From: a virus
Strand: one strand, 5' to 3'
DNA: 64,000 nucleotides
Virus record (IMG/VR): IMGVR_UViG_3300050343_000256
Coordinates: 1-64,000 of that record
The translations under genes and the position numbers were made by a program. Positions 49,629-59,450 of this stretch are shown one piece after another; within the stretch, counting starts at the first letter, position 1, and each line of letters starts with the position of its first letter. The notes under the pieces are model-generated. The model searched no databases, was not told the DNA's origin, and saw nothing but the letters and a program-made list of their open reading frames with translations.

Positions 49629-50741
49629 CTAAGATTCGTGCAATCGTGCGTACTGGATGATAACAAGACCATCTCCGCCTTTTGGCGCTCGATATGACGA
49701 ATAGCCGTTCCCGCCTGATCCACCAGCATTGCCGCCGTCAGCAGAGGTGTAGCCACTGCCAGAGGCACCACCGCCGCCACCAAGAACTCCGCCGCTGCCG
49801 GGGCTTTGGAAAACGTAGTTTGCTGCATCGCTATGGCCTGTCCCCCCACCTCCAGCACCGGGGCCTCCACATGTGCCATGTGCGTGAGCATTGCCGTTAC
49901 TTGTGAAATTCATGCCGCCAGTGCCACCTCCGCCCCCGAAAAAGATTTGATTGGGGGTAAGGATCATTCCGCCTTTTGCATTTTCTGGCTCTTGCGCTAC
50001 GCCGCCGCCGTAAGTTGTGTAGTGATGCCTGGGGGCGCCACCACTGCTCCCAGCCCCGAAAAGCCCACAACCACCTGGAACTTGGTTGTAAGAACTGCTA
50101 GGAGATGCTGAAGACGCAGGTGCAGACATCGAGCCGCCGCCAGAACCAGCGACATAACTCCCATTAGTACCTGATCCCCCTATACCTGCTCCACCGCCAC
50201 CTGCATATGTACTGGCTGAACCACCGGTGAAACCATTACTAGTTCCGTAAGGAGCAGGGGCCGAACCGCCTCCGCCTCCCCCGGAATTTGAGTTGGTTGA
50301 GAAATAACCACTGCCACCTGTTCCACCACGCTTATTAATATCTCCGCCAACGCCCATCCCGCCGACAGCGTAATCAGCCGAAGAACCTTCATTAGCAGCG
50401 GAATATGCGCCGCCATTTCCGCCAGTCGCAGAACAATGAGACCCGAAAGATGAAGATCCGCCACGGGCATTGGAATTATTACTACCTAAGCCGCAGACAA
50501 CAGTTTCGGTAGAGCCAAGTGCGCCCACATTAACCAATTTGACAGCAAGGCCACCGCCACCACCACCATTGCGAGTTTTGGTTGATTGATGATAATTTGC
50601 GCAACCTCCCCCACCAGCTCCCCAAACATGCACCAAGATTGGCTTTGATGCATCTATATCAGATGGCTTTGTCCAGACATGAGCGCCTTCAAACGAGAAA
50701 ATCTCAATAGCTGTATAAAGATAGGAGTGAAAGTTAGCCAT
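49629..50741 (-). CDS. glycine-rich tail/fiber protein, type B copy 1
   Basis: MANFHSYLY; GGDGLVIIQY. Confidence 0.75.
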   Translation of the reverse strand: MANFHSYLYTAIEIFSFEGAHVWTKPSDIDASKPILVHVWGAGGGGCANYHQSTKTRNGGGGGGLAVKLVNVGALGSTETVVCGLGSNNSNARGGSSSFGSHCSATGGNGGAYSAANEGSSADYAVGGMGVGGDINKRGGTGGSGYFSTNSNSGGGGGGSAPAPYGTSNGFTGGSASTYAGGGGAGIGGSGTNGSYVAGSGGGSMSAPASSASPSSSYNQVPGGCGLFGAGSSGGAPRHHYTTYGGGVAQEPENAKGGMILTPNQIFFGGGGGTGGMNFTSNGNAHAHGTCGGPGAGGGGTGHSDAANYVFQSPGSGGVLGGGGGASGSGYTSADGGNAGGSGGNGYSSYRAPKGGDGLVIIQYARLHES

Positions 50742-51890
50742 TTACGCGATTACTTTGTACTGGATGATGATGAGGCCGTGACCACCTCTTCCAATCGTTA
50801 CTGAGCTAGGTGAATACCCGGCGCCGCCACCGCCGCCGCCGTTACCGCCAGCACCTGCATACTGATTTTCACTGGCGCCTCCACCACCGCCAAGCATTCC
50901 TCCGTTCCCTGCGTAGTACCTGAAGGCATGCCCATTAGTGGAACCCATGCCACCACCACCACCGCCAGGGCCTCCATCAGCTGCGTTAGCTCCTACGTGA
51001 TATGTAGAGCGAACAGCAGTTGTAGAACCGCCGCCACCTCCACCGCCAAACCATATGAAGTTTGGCTCGATCAAGGCACCACCTGACCCAGTGGTCGCAT
51101 TAATACCAGCACCACCGCCGTAGCTGTAATAGAGATAATCAGTAGACGCGCCTACTCCTCCAGAACCATCCCAACCGGGCCCGCCTTGAGCGCCGCCACA
51201 ATAATTTTGGAAAGCATCACCACCGCGACCGCACGATCCACCGCCGCCACCACCTGCGTGATTAATAGATGTTCCGCCTTCTCCACCTATGCCCGCACCT
51301 CCTCCCGCTGCCGAGGTCGAAGTTCCGCCCCCTCCGCCGTAGCCATTTCGCAACCCGTCAGGATGTGGAGCTGATCCGCCACCTCCGCCTCCTGCATTAG
51401 TCGATCCTCCGTTATAACCAACGCCTCCAGTACCACCTCTTTTATTTACATCTCCACCGACACCTATTCCGCCAATTCCATAACCAGTAGAGCCTTGATT
51501 GGTAGTGTTATAGCATCCACCATTTCCGCCAGTCGCGGAACAATGAGAACCGAAAGATGAAGATCCGCCTAAAGTACCTGGATTTGAATTGCCAAGCCCA
51601 ATAACCAAAGACTCAGTAGCTCCAAGGCTTCCTACGTCGATGTACTTAATAGCTAACCCACCGCCGCCTCCTCCATGTCCAATTGGAGTGCCTTGGTTTC
51701 CTCCACTGCCTCCAGCGCCCCAGACATAAACACGAATACGATTACCACCTAAATTAGATGGCTTCGTCCATGTGAAACTACCAGCGTGACTGTAAGAGCG
51801 AACCATATTAAATTCGCCGAGGCCGGCTCCGCCGTCCCCGCCGGCATTACCGCCACCGCCACCGCCGCTGCCAGGAAATCTGCGTCCCAT
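50742..51890 (-). CDS. glycine-rich tail/fiber protein, type A copy 1
   Basis: MGRRFPG; GGHGLIIIQYKV. Confidence 0.75.
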   Translation of the reverse strand: MGRRFPGSGGGGGGNAGGDGGAGLGEFNMVRSYSHAGSFTWTKPSNLGGNRIRVYVWGAGGSGGNQGTPIGHGGGGGGLAIKYIDVGSLGATESLVIGLGNSNPGTLGGSSSFGSHCSATGGNGGCYNTTNQGSTGYGIGGIGVGGDVNKRGGTGGVGYNGGSTNAGGGGGGSAPHPDGLRNGYGGGGGTSTSAAGGGAGIGGEGGTSINHAGGGGGGSCGRGGDAFQNYCGGAQGGPGWDGSGGVGASTDYLYYSYGGGAGINATTGSGGALIEPNFIWFGGGGGGGSTTAVRSTYHVGANAADGGPGGGGGGMGSTNGHAFRYYAGNGGMLGGGGGASENQYAGAGGNGGGGGGAGYSPSSVTIGRGGHGLIIIQYKVIA

Positions 51891-51893
51891 CCT

Positions 51894-52319
51894 TTAATCC
51901 AATACTGAATTAAGCTTGTCTACGGACGATTGAGAAATAGTTTTTGCTGCAAGCAGATCGGCGATCAAATCCTTATTATCTGCATCATCGTATTGGTAGT
52001 GATTTGTGTCTTGCATGAACTCAAGAAGTTCAACCACGTCTTCATCTGTGCTGGCTTTAAGAGCTTTACGCTCAATCCGAGTGAAACACTCTAAAAATTG
52101 CTGTCGAGTGATCCTCCGGTCAGTTTCTTTGACGATTGGAGGAGGCTCGGGAGCTACGTACTTAGTTACCTTCCCATCAGCGACAGTGTCGCCAGGCTCG
52201 GACCCATCAGGCAGGTCGACAAACTGTTTCGCAAGATCTGGGTGGAAGCTGGTAGCTACATCTCCAGAACACGTTTCAAGAACAATTCCGTCTTCTGCAA
52301 GACGACCTTTAATAGACAT
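51894..52319 (-). CDS. tail-fiber-associated protein
   Basis: FHPDL; ITRQQFL..FT..ER chaperone-like pattern. Confidence 0.55.
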   Translation of the reverse strand: MSIKGRLAEDGIVLETCSGDVATSFHPDLAKQFVDLPDGSEPGDTVADGKVTKYVAPEPPPIVKETDRRITRQQFLECFTRIERKALKASTDEDVVELLEFMQDTNHYQYDDADNKDLIADLLAAKTISQSSVDKLNSVLD

Positions 52320-52320
52320 A

Positions 52321-52656
52321 TCAGGACTCCAAGCCGTAAGCAACGAATGAAAGACTTCCAGCGCCAGAACCGACAATCAATCGGGCGCCAGATTCAAGAG
52401 TTACGCCAGTTCTCTCCATTGCAGCATTAGCGCCCAAAGAGAAGTCAAACTCAATGTAATATTGCGTAGCGATTGCGCCAGAGCTGGCAGATTCTGAAGC
52501 AGGAACAACCGCAACCCGTACAGTGTCAGCCGCTGCAGACTGATTGCAAACTGACAAGATCAATGTTGTCGTCGCAGTCGCAGTAACTAAAGCCGTTGAT
52601 GCATAGGTTGGAGCGCCACCGCCGGGTTTCGAGGTCCCCTTAATACCTGAAGCCAT
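52321..52656 (-). CDS. small virion structural protein
   Basis: VCNQ...VRVAV...YIEFD......ERTG. Confidence 0.65.
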   Translation of the reverse strand: MASGIKGTSKPGGGAPTYASTALVTATATTTLILSVCNQSAAADTVRVAVVPASESASSGAIATQYYIEFDFSLGANAAMERTGVTLESGARLIVGSGAGSLSFVAYGLES

Positions 52657-52872
52657 GTAATAAAAGCGATCAGTCGGGCAGATTCACTGCCTCTTCTCCT
52701 AAGTATAAAGTTTATTAGCTCTGCTCGTTTTCCGCTTGGACATGTGAGCGTAATTGCTGCCTGGAAATGATACGCTCTCCAGGTGATTGCCTGTTCACAG
52801 CGTTTACTCTTTTCTTGCGAGCAGTAAGCGCCCGTTGCTGCTTAGCCTTTTGTGCAGCAGCTCGTTTAAACA

Positions 52873-53601
52873 TTAGCCGGAAAGACCCATGAAGAACGAA
52901 TACTGCTTATCAGCAACAGAGGACGTGTACTCACCAGCAATTAGTCGTGTCCACTCGGAAGACTCAGGAGCTGTGCCAGGGTCGGCAGTGCTGTTCGAAG
53001 TGTGATCTGTCAGGCAAATGAAGTGATCGAGGTTAGGCGCAGTACCTGTCTGAACTAGATCACCTTTGAAGTAATCAGTACTAGTGGCATAAACAGTACG
53101 ATTTTCAGTGCCCTGTGCATACCGTTCCCAGTTACTGCCTGACAAGTCTGCTAGGAAAGTCCCAGCTGACGTGTGATTGGTAAGGGCTCTGTAGCTCTGC
53201 CCTAAATAGACAACTGAATCGTCTTTTTTATAGGCAGTAGCGGTAACCCAAGTGCCTCGGAAGTTGTAACCACCTACGAGAACTTCCCAGAAAGAAGCAT
53301 TGGGCGGGATTTCATTGGTACTCGCGGCAATTGCTCTATAGCTCGAACCGCCTTGGATTACGACATCATTGACTTGATATGCAGTCGCTGAGCTCCAAGC
53401 ACCCTTGGCCGCTAGGCCTGATACCATCAGCGACCAATACGTGGTATCGCTTGGCGCATTCCCTACAGTTGCCGAAACATTGATGTAGCAGTAAACATTG
53501 CCACCATACTTGACAACATCGTTGTACTCGTACTGAGTAGTTGCAACGTAATCTCCTCGGTACTGAAAACGAAGCTTGCCGAGATCAATAATAGTACTCA
53601 T
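52873..53601 (-). CDS. tail fiber protein with carbohydrate-binding-like repeats
   Basis: Four G.W...T.Y..D.V...G..Y repeats. Confidence 0.75.
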   Translation of the reverse strand: MSTIIDLGKLRFQYRGDYVATTQYEYNDVVKYGGNVYCYINVSATVGNAPSDTTYWSLMVSGLAAKGAWSSATAYQVNDVVIQGGSSYRAIAASTNEIPPNASFWEVLVGGYNFRGTWVTATAYKKDDSVVYLGQSYRALTNHTSAGTFLADLSGSNWERYAQGTENRTVYATSTDYFKGDLVQTGTAPNLDHFICLTDHTSNSTADPGTAPESSEWTRLIAGEYTSSVADKQYSFFMGLSG

Positions 53602-53863
53602 ACGATCTCACAGTTCAGGTGTCCGAGGTTTGCTGTTGACCAGCTAAAATTCAAAAGCTTGTCAGACCACACAGTTGCCTTGTAGTCCTCAATATTGATT
53701 ATAGAAAGGTCAGGCTGCTTGAACTCTGAACCTCCTGGGTTTCTAACGATCTGAAGATTGCCCGTAGCGACATTCAGATTAAAACTGTATGAGTTCTTAC
53801 CAGCCGGGGGAGCGAACTCATGAATTTGAGGGCTTACGACCTCTTTAATTAACTGGATAGACA

Positions 53864-54211
53864 TTAGACGTCTTCGTAAACAGAGAGCCAAACGACGAAC
53901 GTGTCAACGGAATTGCCATCAACGGTGGGGGCGTCAGACTTGACAATGTCCTCCGCACCGAGAACCATCTTCTCCATGCCAGTCAGTCGCTTTTGTTCGC
54001 CTGGGCCAACACGCAGATTCTTTGCCAAGTAATAATCGTCAGATCCGATAGTTACAAGTAAGCTGATAGGCAGCTCGAAATCAGAGACATTCGAAACAGT
54101 CAAACCAGTGACGACAGATGTCATCGAGCTGGGAACGGTGTAAACCGTCGTCGCTGAAGGTGCAGACGTTGGACTACCGACAGATGCCTGAAATCTTTTA
54201 AAAGTTGCCAT
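53864..54211 (-). CDS. small virion structural protein
   Basis: TVYTVP....VV.GL.VSN; K.VL...D. Confidence 0.6.
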   Translation of the reverse strand: MATFKRFQASVGSPTSAPSATTVYTVPSSMTSVVTGLTVSNVSDFELPISLLVTIGSDDYYLAKNLRVGPGEQKRLTGMEKMVLGAEDIVKSDAPTVDGNSVDTFVVWLSVYEDV

Positions 54212-54708
54212 CAACCAAAAGCAAGAATATCTGTCACAGAAAGCTGTGAACCCATCACAACCCAACTATTCGTTGAGCCTGCTATGTACATGCTAAAGGT
54301 CCCAAGCAAAGGCGAATACCAGATATCGCCTTGCATCATTCCCGAAGACGGGGCAGCATCCTGAACGAAAAATGTCATCTGACACGGCACCCATTCCACC
54401 GTGCTCGCTAAGTAGACCTGTAGAAATCCATTTGTAGTGTCATACCAAAGACTTCCATTCGCTGGGGTGGTAGGAGCCGTGGGAGACACAACGACTGATC
54501 CACCTCCACCACCACCGCCGACTGACGTCCAACTAGCACCGTCGTAAACCTTTAGCAGATTATTGGCAGTGTCAAACCAAAGATCACCGGTAACTGCAGA
54601 GCCAGGAGCGGTCCCTTGACTAGGAACATTTCCCCCTCCTTCGACTCGATCTGTTGCAGATATCTCTTGAGGATATCCATTGACAAGAACTAAGGGATAA
54701 CGATTCAT
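54211..54708 (-). CDS. tail fiber-like protein
   Basis: Three AP....G.LW.DT repeats. Confidence 0.7.
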   Translation of the reverse strand: MNRYPLVLVNGYPQEISATDRVEGGGNVPSQGTAPGSAVTGDLWFDTANNLLKVYDGASWTSVGGGGGGGSVVVSPTAPTTPANGSLWYDTTNGFLQVYLASTVEWVPCQMTFFVQDAAPSSGMMQGDIWYSPLLGTFSMYIAGSTNSWVVMGSQLSVTDILAFG

Positions 54709-55280
54709 CAGGTAGTGAGCATTGGGGGCAAAGGCTGGACGTCCATAACGGTGTCTGTGATGGCTTGCCCAACCAAGACTGAATAGATGCCACCACCCCC
54801 TGGGGCAGTGGTTGTTTTACCACCGTCGACATCTAAAAAATAATCAGAACCAACTTCAAGCCCCGTATAACCATCAAAAGGACCTCTGGCTACGATCGTT
54901 ACCGGCAGGCCTGCCTCGGCGGCTGAATTTTTAGCGACTCCAACAATGTTGGCTTGTTCTCTGCTGAAAATATTAGTTGCTTTATACGCTCGTCCATCAG
55001 AAGCTTTGACATAGATCGCATCACCAGACGCGAATGTTTCACCAGATGTAGAAGGGACAAGCGTGGCTACTGACTGAGAGCCAGATCCACCACCGCTGAT
55101 GGCAAGCTGTAGGTCAATTAACGCCTGAATAATGCCAGCGGTATTAGCGGGATATGCCTTCAATGAACCTCCAGCGGCTTGGATGCAAGTTGTAATTGCT
55201 GCAATAATGCCTGACGTGTTTTCAGCAAATCGCCCCTGGAATAATGGGGTTACTGAAGGATTAAGAGGCTCTGTTGTCAC
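54708..55280 (-). CDS. virion structural protein
   Basis: GE....GD..Y....G.A.KA; GL..G..YFL. Confidence 0.6.
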   Translation of the reverse strand: MTTEPLNPSVTPLFQGRFAENTSGIIAAITTCIQAAGGSLKAYPANTAGIIQALIDLQLAISGGGSGSQSVATLVPSTSGETFASGDAIYVKASDGRAYKATNIFSREQANIVGVAKNSAAEAGLPVTIVARGPFDGYTGLEVGSDYFLDVDGGKTTTAPGGGGIYSVLVGQAITDTVMDVQPLPPMLTT

Positions 55281-55316
55281 GGCTTAAAAAATGCCTCCTC
55301 ATGTATTCTATTAAAA

Positions 55317-56747
55317 TCACGGAACAATTACTGGACTGCCTGGATCGCCTGGGTCAAGAAAACTAATGACAGGGTATTCGACTCCACCTTTCGAAACTGT
55401 CTTACTGAACGAATTGGTTGATTGATTAAAAGATTGCAGGCTTTGGGTTCCACGTTCCATCCACCAATCATTATTTCTGCACCAGCTTGAAAGAGGTTCA
55501 GCTTTATCGTTCCACAGCATTGGCGCAACATTCGGTCTGATATTGTCACGAACGTCACCACCTGGGAAAATAACGAGCCCCGATGATTCCGCAAGAGTAA
55601 GAATAAACCTGTCCCAACTAAGTTGACGATTACGAAAATACGACATGAACTCGTCGGGTTTCATCGACCTCTCTGATTCAGACAGAAACTCAAGAAAGTC
55701 TCTATCGGTCTGAGTGGGGTAATCATCTGGCTCGAGCCAAGGACAACCGCAGGCCCACCTTTGAGCATGAATATGCTTGCACTCACGTCGATCGTCGCGC
55801 CTGTTTCCAAGCGATCTCCACTGCCTGTAATAACCAACACCTTCTTTTTCCCAAGCCGAAAAGACGCTCCTGTTGGCATTTGGCAATGGAAATGTTTCGA
55901 GCGTTGCCTTTGGCTCAGGCGAATCTAAGTTCGCTAAAGCGCCCCCCAGGTGATCAGGGCAGCAACAGAAGAACGAGAAAGAAGAACACAAGTGCCGACT
56001 GCCATCCGTTCTCCATGTCGGAGGCTCTTCGGGGTCGTACTTCTCTTTCGACCAATACATGGTCTTATTACGCTCGACACGTCTATACGGCCTGGACAAG
56101 TCGAAAGTCAGTGTCATGCTGCCTAAGCTGACGCCGATCAAAGTAAAACCCAGACTGCCTACATCCTTGCGGACGAGGTCATCAGGGAAATTAGGGCCAC
56201 TAGCAGAGTCTTCGAAAACATCGCCAATAACCGAGTAAAAAATAGCAAGCTGATCCGTGTTGTACTGGGAGGAGACGTTGTAAGTAAAGGTATGTTTTGT
56301 CGGGTCAGGGTCGGCATTGTTAATCGTAATATCAGATGACTGGATAGCGCCAGGGAACATAAAACTACCCCTAACTCTGGTAGCCACGTACCATGTATTT
56401 TCTGGGCTTACATCACTAGGGAAAAGGGTTACAACTTCTTTACTTCCTTGAGAGTTGATCTCATCAGTAAGAGAAGCATTGGCGTTATGAAAACGTGCAA
56501 GGATGTTGAGTTGCAAGTCGCCCCAAGTCCTCCCTTCACCGAAATAGTATTCCTGGCCAAGTTTCCAGCGCTTGTAATCAGACTGACGGTTGTATTGTTC
56601 AATGATCGTAGGAAACTGAATTGATCCATACTGACCAAGACCAGTTTCTGCGTTTGGATATAACCCCTTTGCCCTGCGCTTGACACTTTTCTTGAATGGG
56701 CGGAGGGCAAAGCTATTGCCCATGTCGGAGCCAAGGCCTTTAGCCAT
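55317..56747 (-). CDS. 476-aa protein with SWIM-like Zn finger
   Basis: CCCPDH...ECKHIHA. Confidence 0.65.
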   Translation of the reverse strand: MAKGLGSDMGNSFALRPFKKSVKRRAKGLYPNAETGLGQYGSIQFPTIIEQYNRQSDYKRWKLGQEYYFGEGRTWGDLQLNILARFHNANASLTDEINSQGSKEVVTLFPSDVSPENTWYVATRVRGSFMFPGAIQSSDITINNADPDPTKHTFTYNVSSQYNTDQLAIFYSVIGDVFEDSASGPNFPDDLVRKDVGSLGFTLIGVSLGSMTLTFDLSRPYRRVERNKTMYWSKEKYDPEEPPTWRTDGSRHLCSSFSFFCCCPDHLGGALANLDSPEPKATLETFPLPNANRSVFSAWEKEGVGYYRQWRSLGNRRDDRRECKHIHAQRWACGCPWLEPDDYPTQTDRDFLEFLSESERSMKPDEFMSYFRNRQLSWDRFILTLAESSGLVIFPGGDVRDNIRPNVAPMLWNDKAEPLSSWCRNNDWWMERGTQSLQSFNQSTNSFSKTVSKGGVEYPVISFLDPGDPGSPVIVP

Positions 56748-56749
56748 TC

Positions 56750-57481
56750 CTATCTGAATCGAGACTGGTAATACCCGCTGGTAGAACCAGATGAAAGGCC
56801 TTGACTAGGTGCTTGCGTAGGCCCTCGCTGCCTTTGTGTATTAGTCTGCATTCGCTCAACAACAGGGCCTTTTCTGTTTAAAACGCTGTCAGTTAAACCA
56901 CCTTCTGCCTTAACTCTCTCGGTCAATGATTCATTGTCCCCTGCCTGGAATCTTGGACCTCCCGCCGCAAGTCCTCCAGCTCCTCCGCCTGTCGTCGCGT
57001 TCGAGCTTGTAGTGCTCGCGCCGCTTCGCAATGACTGCAGCTGCCTACCAACCGCCTCATTGCGATAACGCTCTGCTTCGTCGTTAGCCTTGTCGTAGTC
57101 AGCAGACTTTGTTTTAAATTGATCTTGCCAGTCATCTGATTGCTTCTTGTATTCAGCCGACTGAGCTAATGCACCTTGATATTGATTGGTGAGATTGTTG
57201 ACTTGTGATTGATAGTTTGAAAGCTGACTTTTGTATCCAGATATTTGACTTTCATACTGATTGCGTACACTCGCCGCTTGCTGCTGGGCTTGCCGCTGAG
57301 CTGCGGCTCCCGCATTGACTGCGTTAGCAGCATCCCTAAGCCTCCAGCCAACACTAAGACCTGAGCCACCAACGGCAGCTGCGATTTGCTGCGGAGAGTA
57401 ACCATCATCGATGGCTCGATCCCAGGAGCCCATTCCGGTTCCGCCGCCAGGCCCTTTGTACCTTGTAAACCAATTAGCCAT
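56750..57481 (-). CDS. coiled-coil putative internal virion protein
   Basis: C-terminal half paralogous to 58671-59450; ends YYQSRFR. Confidence 0.7.
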   Translation of the reverse strand: MANWFTRYKGPGGGTGMGSWDRAIDDGYSPQQIAAAVGGSGLSVGWRLRDAANAVNAGAAAQRQAQQQAASVRNQYESQISGYKSQLSNYQSQVNNLTNQYQGALAQSAEYKKQSDDWQDQFKTKSADYDKANDEAERYRNEAVGRQLQSLRSGASTTSSNATTGGGAGGLAAGGPRFQAGDNESLTERVKAEGGLTDSVLNRKGPVVERMQTNTQRQRGPTQAPSQGLSSGSTSGYYQSRFR

Positions 57482-57483
57482 GA

Positions 57484-58668
57484 CTAACCAAACCGAGACG
57501 AGTAGTAATTACGAATACGGCCAGAAGTTAATTTGCCAACATTGCTATCAAGCTGCTTAATCTCGTTCCTGGCTTCAGCTTGTACCTTAATCGGCTCGAC
57601 GACGGCATTATTATCTGCATCGCCAGGAGCCGGTGCCTCGGAGGTGGGTTCTTCAGCAACTGCTTTTACCGCCGAACCCACAGTGCCGACCGGAGCTTGA
57701 GTGGGAGTACCACCACCACTTTCGACAGCTTTATTAAATGTGTCCTTATACCTTAATTCTGGTGGAGTGTTATCAGTCCCTGCAATGGCGTTGCCTCTTG
57801 CGTCGACGCTGGGGAAAGCGCTGTTGTAACCGTTCTCACCTGTAAAGCTTTTCCACTCAGGCTCCGAATAAGAGCCATACTCCGCTTGGCTAGGCACCGA
57901 TCCATAGTTGGACATAGTCTCGCCGTCGCTCTCACCACCAGCCACGAACAAATAGTTGCTCGAAAAAGGCTTGTCGATTAGACGGTTATAGGCGTCTTTA
58001 GGAAGTAAGACAGGCCTAGATCTTCTATCGCCAGCTTGACCAGAGTATGAATACTCTGTGTTATCAGGGCGCTGCTTTCCTTGGGGTCCTGTGTAATAAG
58101 TCTTGCCGGCCATTACACCCAGCTGATCAGCAGCTTTGCCGCCAATTGTGACACCTGACGCAGCCAATGTTGAGCGAATTTGAGCATCGGTATACCCCGA
58201 ACCTCTAGCCCGCGCTAAAGCCGAGGCCCCAAAGCCTCCATTCCCCATCGAATCATTGGTAGCACTGGAAAAATTGGTCGGGTCAAAGAATCTTCCGGTT
58301 TGCGGAAGGCCCCGATTGGCAGAATAATCAGCACCGCGATTAGCAGCATTGCTAAACATCGCCTGCGCTTTAGCGCCAACTGTGTAGCCCTTCTGCGCTG
58401 CTTCGTTTTGAATCTGCTGCAAGCTTTTGCCTGCATCCATCTGCTGCTGGACGTAAGTGGCGCCAATGCCAGTCCTTTGGGCTGGGGCTGGAGCGGGGGC
58501 AGGGGCGCCTCCGCCTCCACCACCACCGCCGCCAGACGAAAACATCGCTGCAGCTGCTGGGCCAATTTGATATCCATTAGCAGCAGCTTCGTTTTGAATA
58601 GAAGCCATTGACCGACCTGCGGCCATTTGCCTTTGGACGTAGCTTGCGCCGATGCCTGTTCTTGCCAT
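57484..58668 (-). CDS. repeat-containing putative virion protein
   Basis: RTGIGA.YVQ.QM repeat twice; ends YYSSRFG. Confidence 0.7.
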   Translation of the reverse strand: MARTGIGASYVQRQMAAGRSMASIQNEAAANGYQIGPAAAAMFSSGGGGGGGGGAPAPAPAPAQRTGIGATYVQQQMDAGKSLQQIQNEAAQKGYTVGAKAQAMFSNAANRGADYSANRGLPQTGRFFDPTNFSSATNDSMGNGGFGASALARARGSGYTDAQIRSTLAASGVTIGGKAADQLGVMAGKTYYTGPQGKQRPDNTEYSYSGQAGDRRSRPVLLPKDAYNRLIDKPFSSNYLFVAGGESDGETMSNYGSVPSQAEYGSYSEPEWKSFTGENGYNSAFPSVDARGNAIAGTDNTPPELRYKDTFNKAVESGGGTPTQAPVGTVGSAVKAVAEEPTSEAPAPGDADNNAVVEPIKVQAEARNEIKQLDSNVGKLTSGRIRNYYSSRFG

Positions 58669-58670
58669 GA

Positions 58671-59450
58671 TTAACCGAAGCGGGAAGCGTAATAACCGTT
58701 TGTGGAGCCGGAAGCTAACCCTTGGTTTGGATTACCTTGAGGTGCGGTCTGGCGGCGTTTAGCGGTAGACATCTTCGCCACAACTGCCCCCTTAGATGAC
58801 AGTGCACCACTCTCTGCAGTTATATTTTTCTCAACATCAATGCCATCATCACGTGAAGTTTGATACTGAGATCTACCACTAGCTAATCCACCTTGCTGGG
58901 CTGTTGAATTAGAGCCACCAGAGGTAGCTCCAGACTTCATCGCACGAAGCTGTTGCCCAACCGCTTCATTCCTATATCGCTCGGCCTCATCACGAGCAGT
59001 CTCGTACTCTTGTGATTTAGTAGTGAACTGATCCTCCCAGTCACGCGCTGAAGTCTCAAATTCACCAGCTTTAGTTTGCCAAGTTTGGACTTGCCCCAAG
59101 GCATCATTGTATTGATTCTGTAACCCACTAACTTGATTCCGATAGTCACCAATCTGACTTTCAAATCCTGCGATCTGGCTTTGGTAACCACCAAGCTGTG
59201 CCTGTAAGGCAGCATTTGCAGCTTGCGCACTCGAAAGCTGGCCGGCTTGTGCTTGAGCTTGCCGCTGAGCGTTTTGGGCCTGCGTAGAGCGTCTGTTACG
59301 GGCTTCAGATGAATTCTGAATATCAGCGGCTACTTCATAGATATTATGCCCTGAATTCAGGCGATTCATGTAGTGGTCGTAGCCGCCTTGATCAGGAGCA
59401 CGCCCTAAATAGTTTTGATACCATTCTCTAATATTGGCGTCGTAACTCAT
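58671..59450 (-). CDS. DUF4214-like domain plus coiled coil
   Basis: YQNYLGRAPD.GG...Y; NSSEA; ends YYASRFG. Confidence 0.7.
   Translation of the reverse strand: MSYDANIREWYQNYLGRAPDQGGYDHYMNRLNSGHNIYEVAADIQNSSEARNRRSTQAQNAQRQAQAQAGQLSSAQAANAALQAQLGGYQSQIAGFESQIGDYRNQVSGLQNQYNDALGQVQTWQTKAGEFETSARDWEDQFTTKSQEYETARDEAERYRNEAVGQQLRAMKSGATSGGSNSTAQQGGLASGRSQYQTSRDDGIDVEKNITAESGALSSKGAVVAKMSTAKRRQTAPQGNPNQGLASGSTNGYYASRFG

Noticed and set aside
47319-51890. Diversity-generating retroelement or invertible shufflon
   Set aside because: No reverse transcriptase, no adenine-specific mismatch pattern noticed, and all copies are in the same orientation
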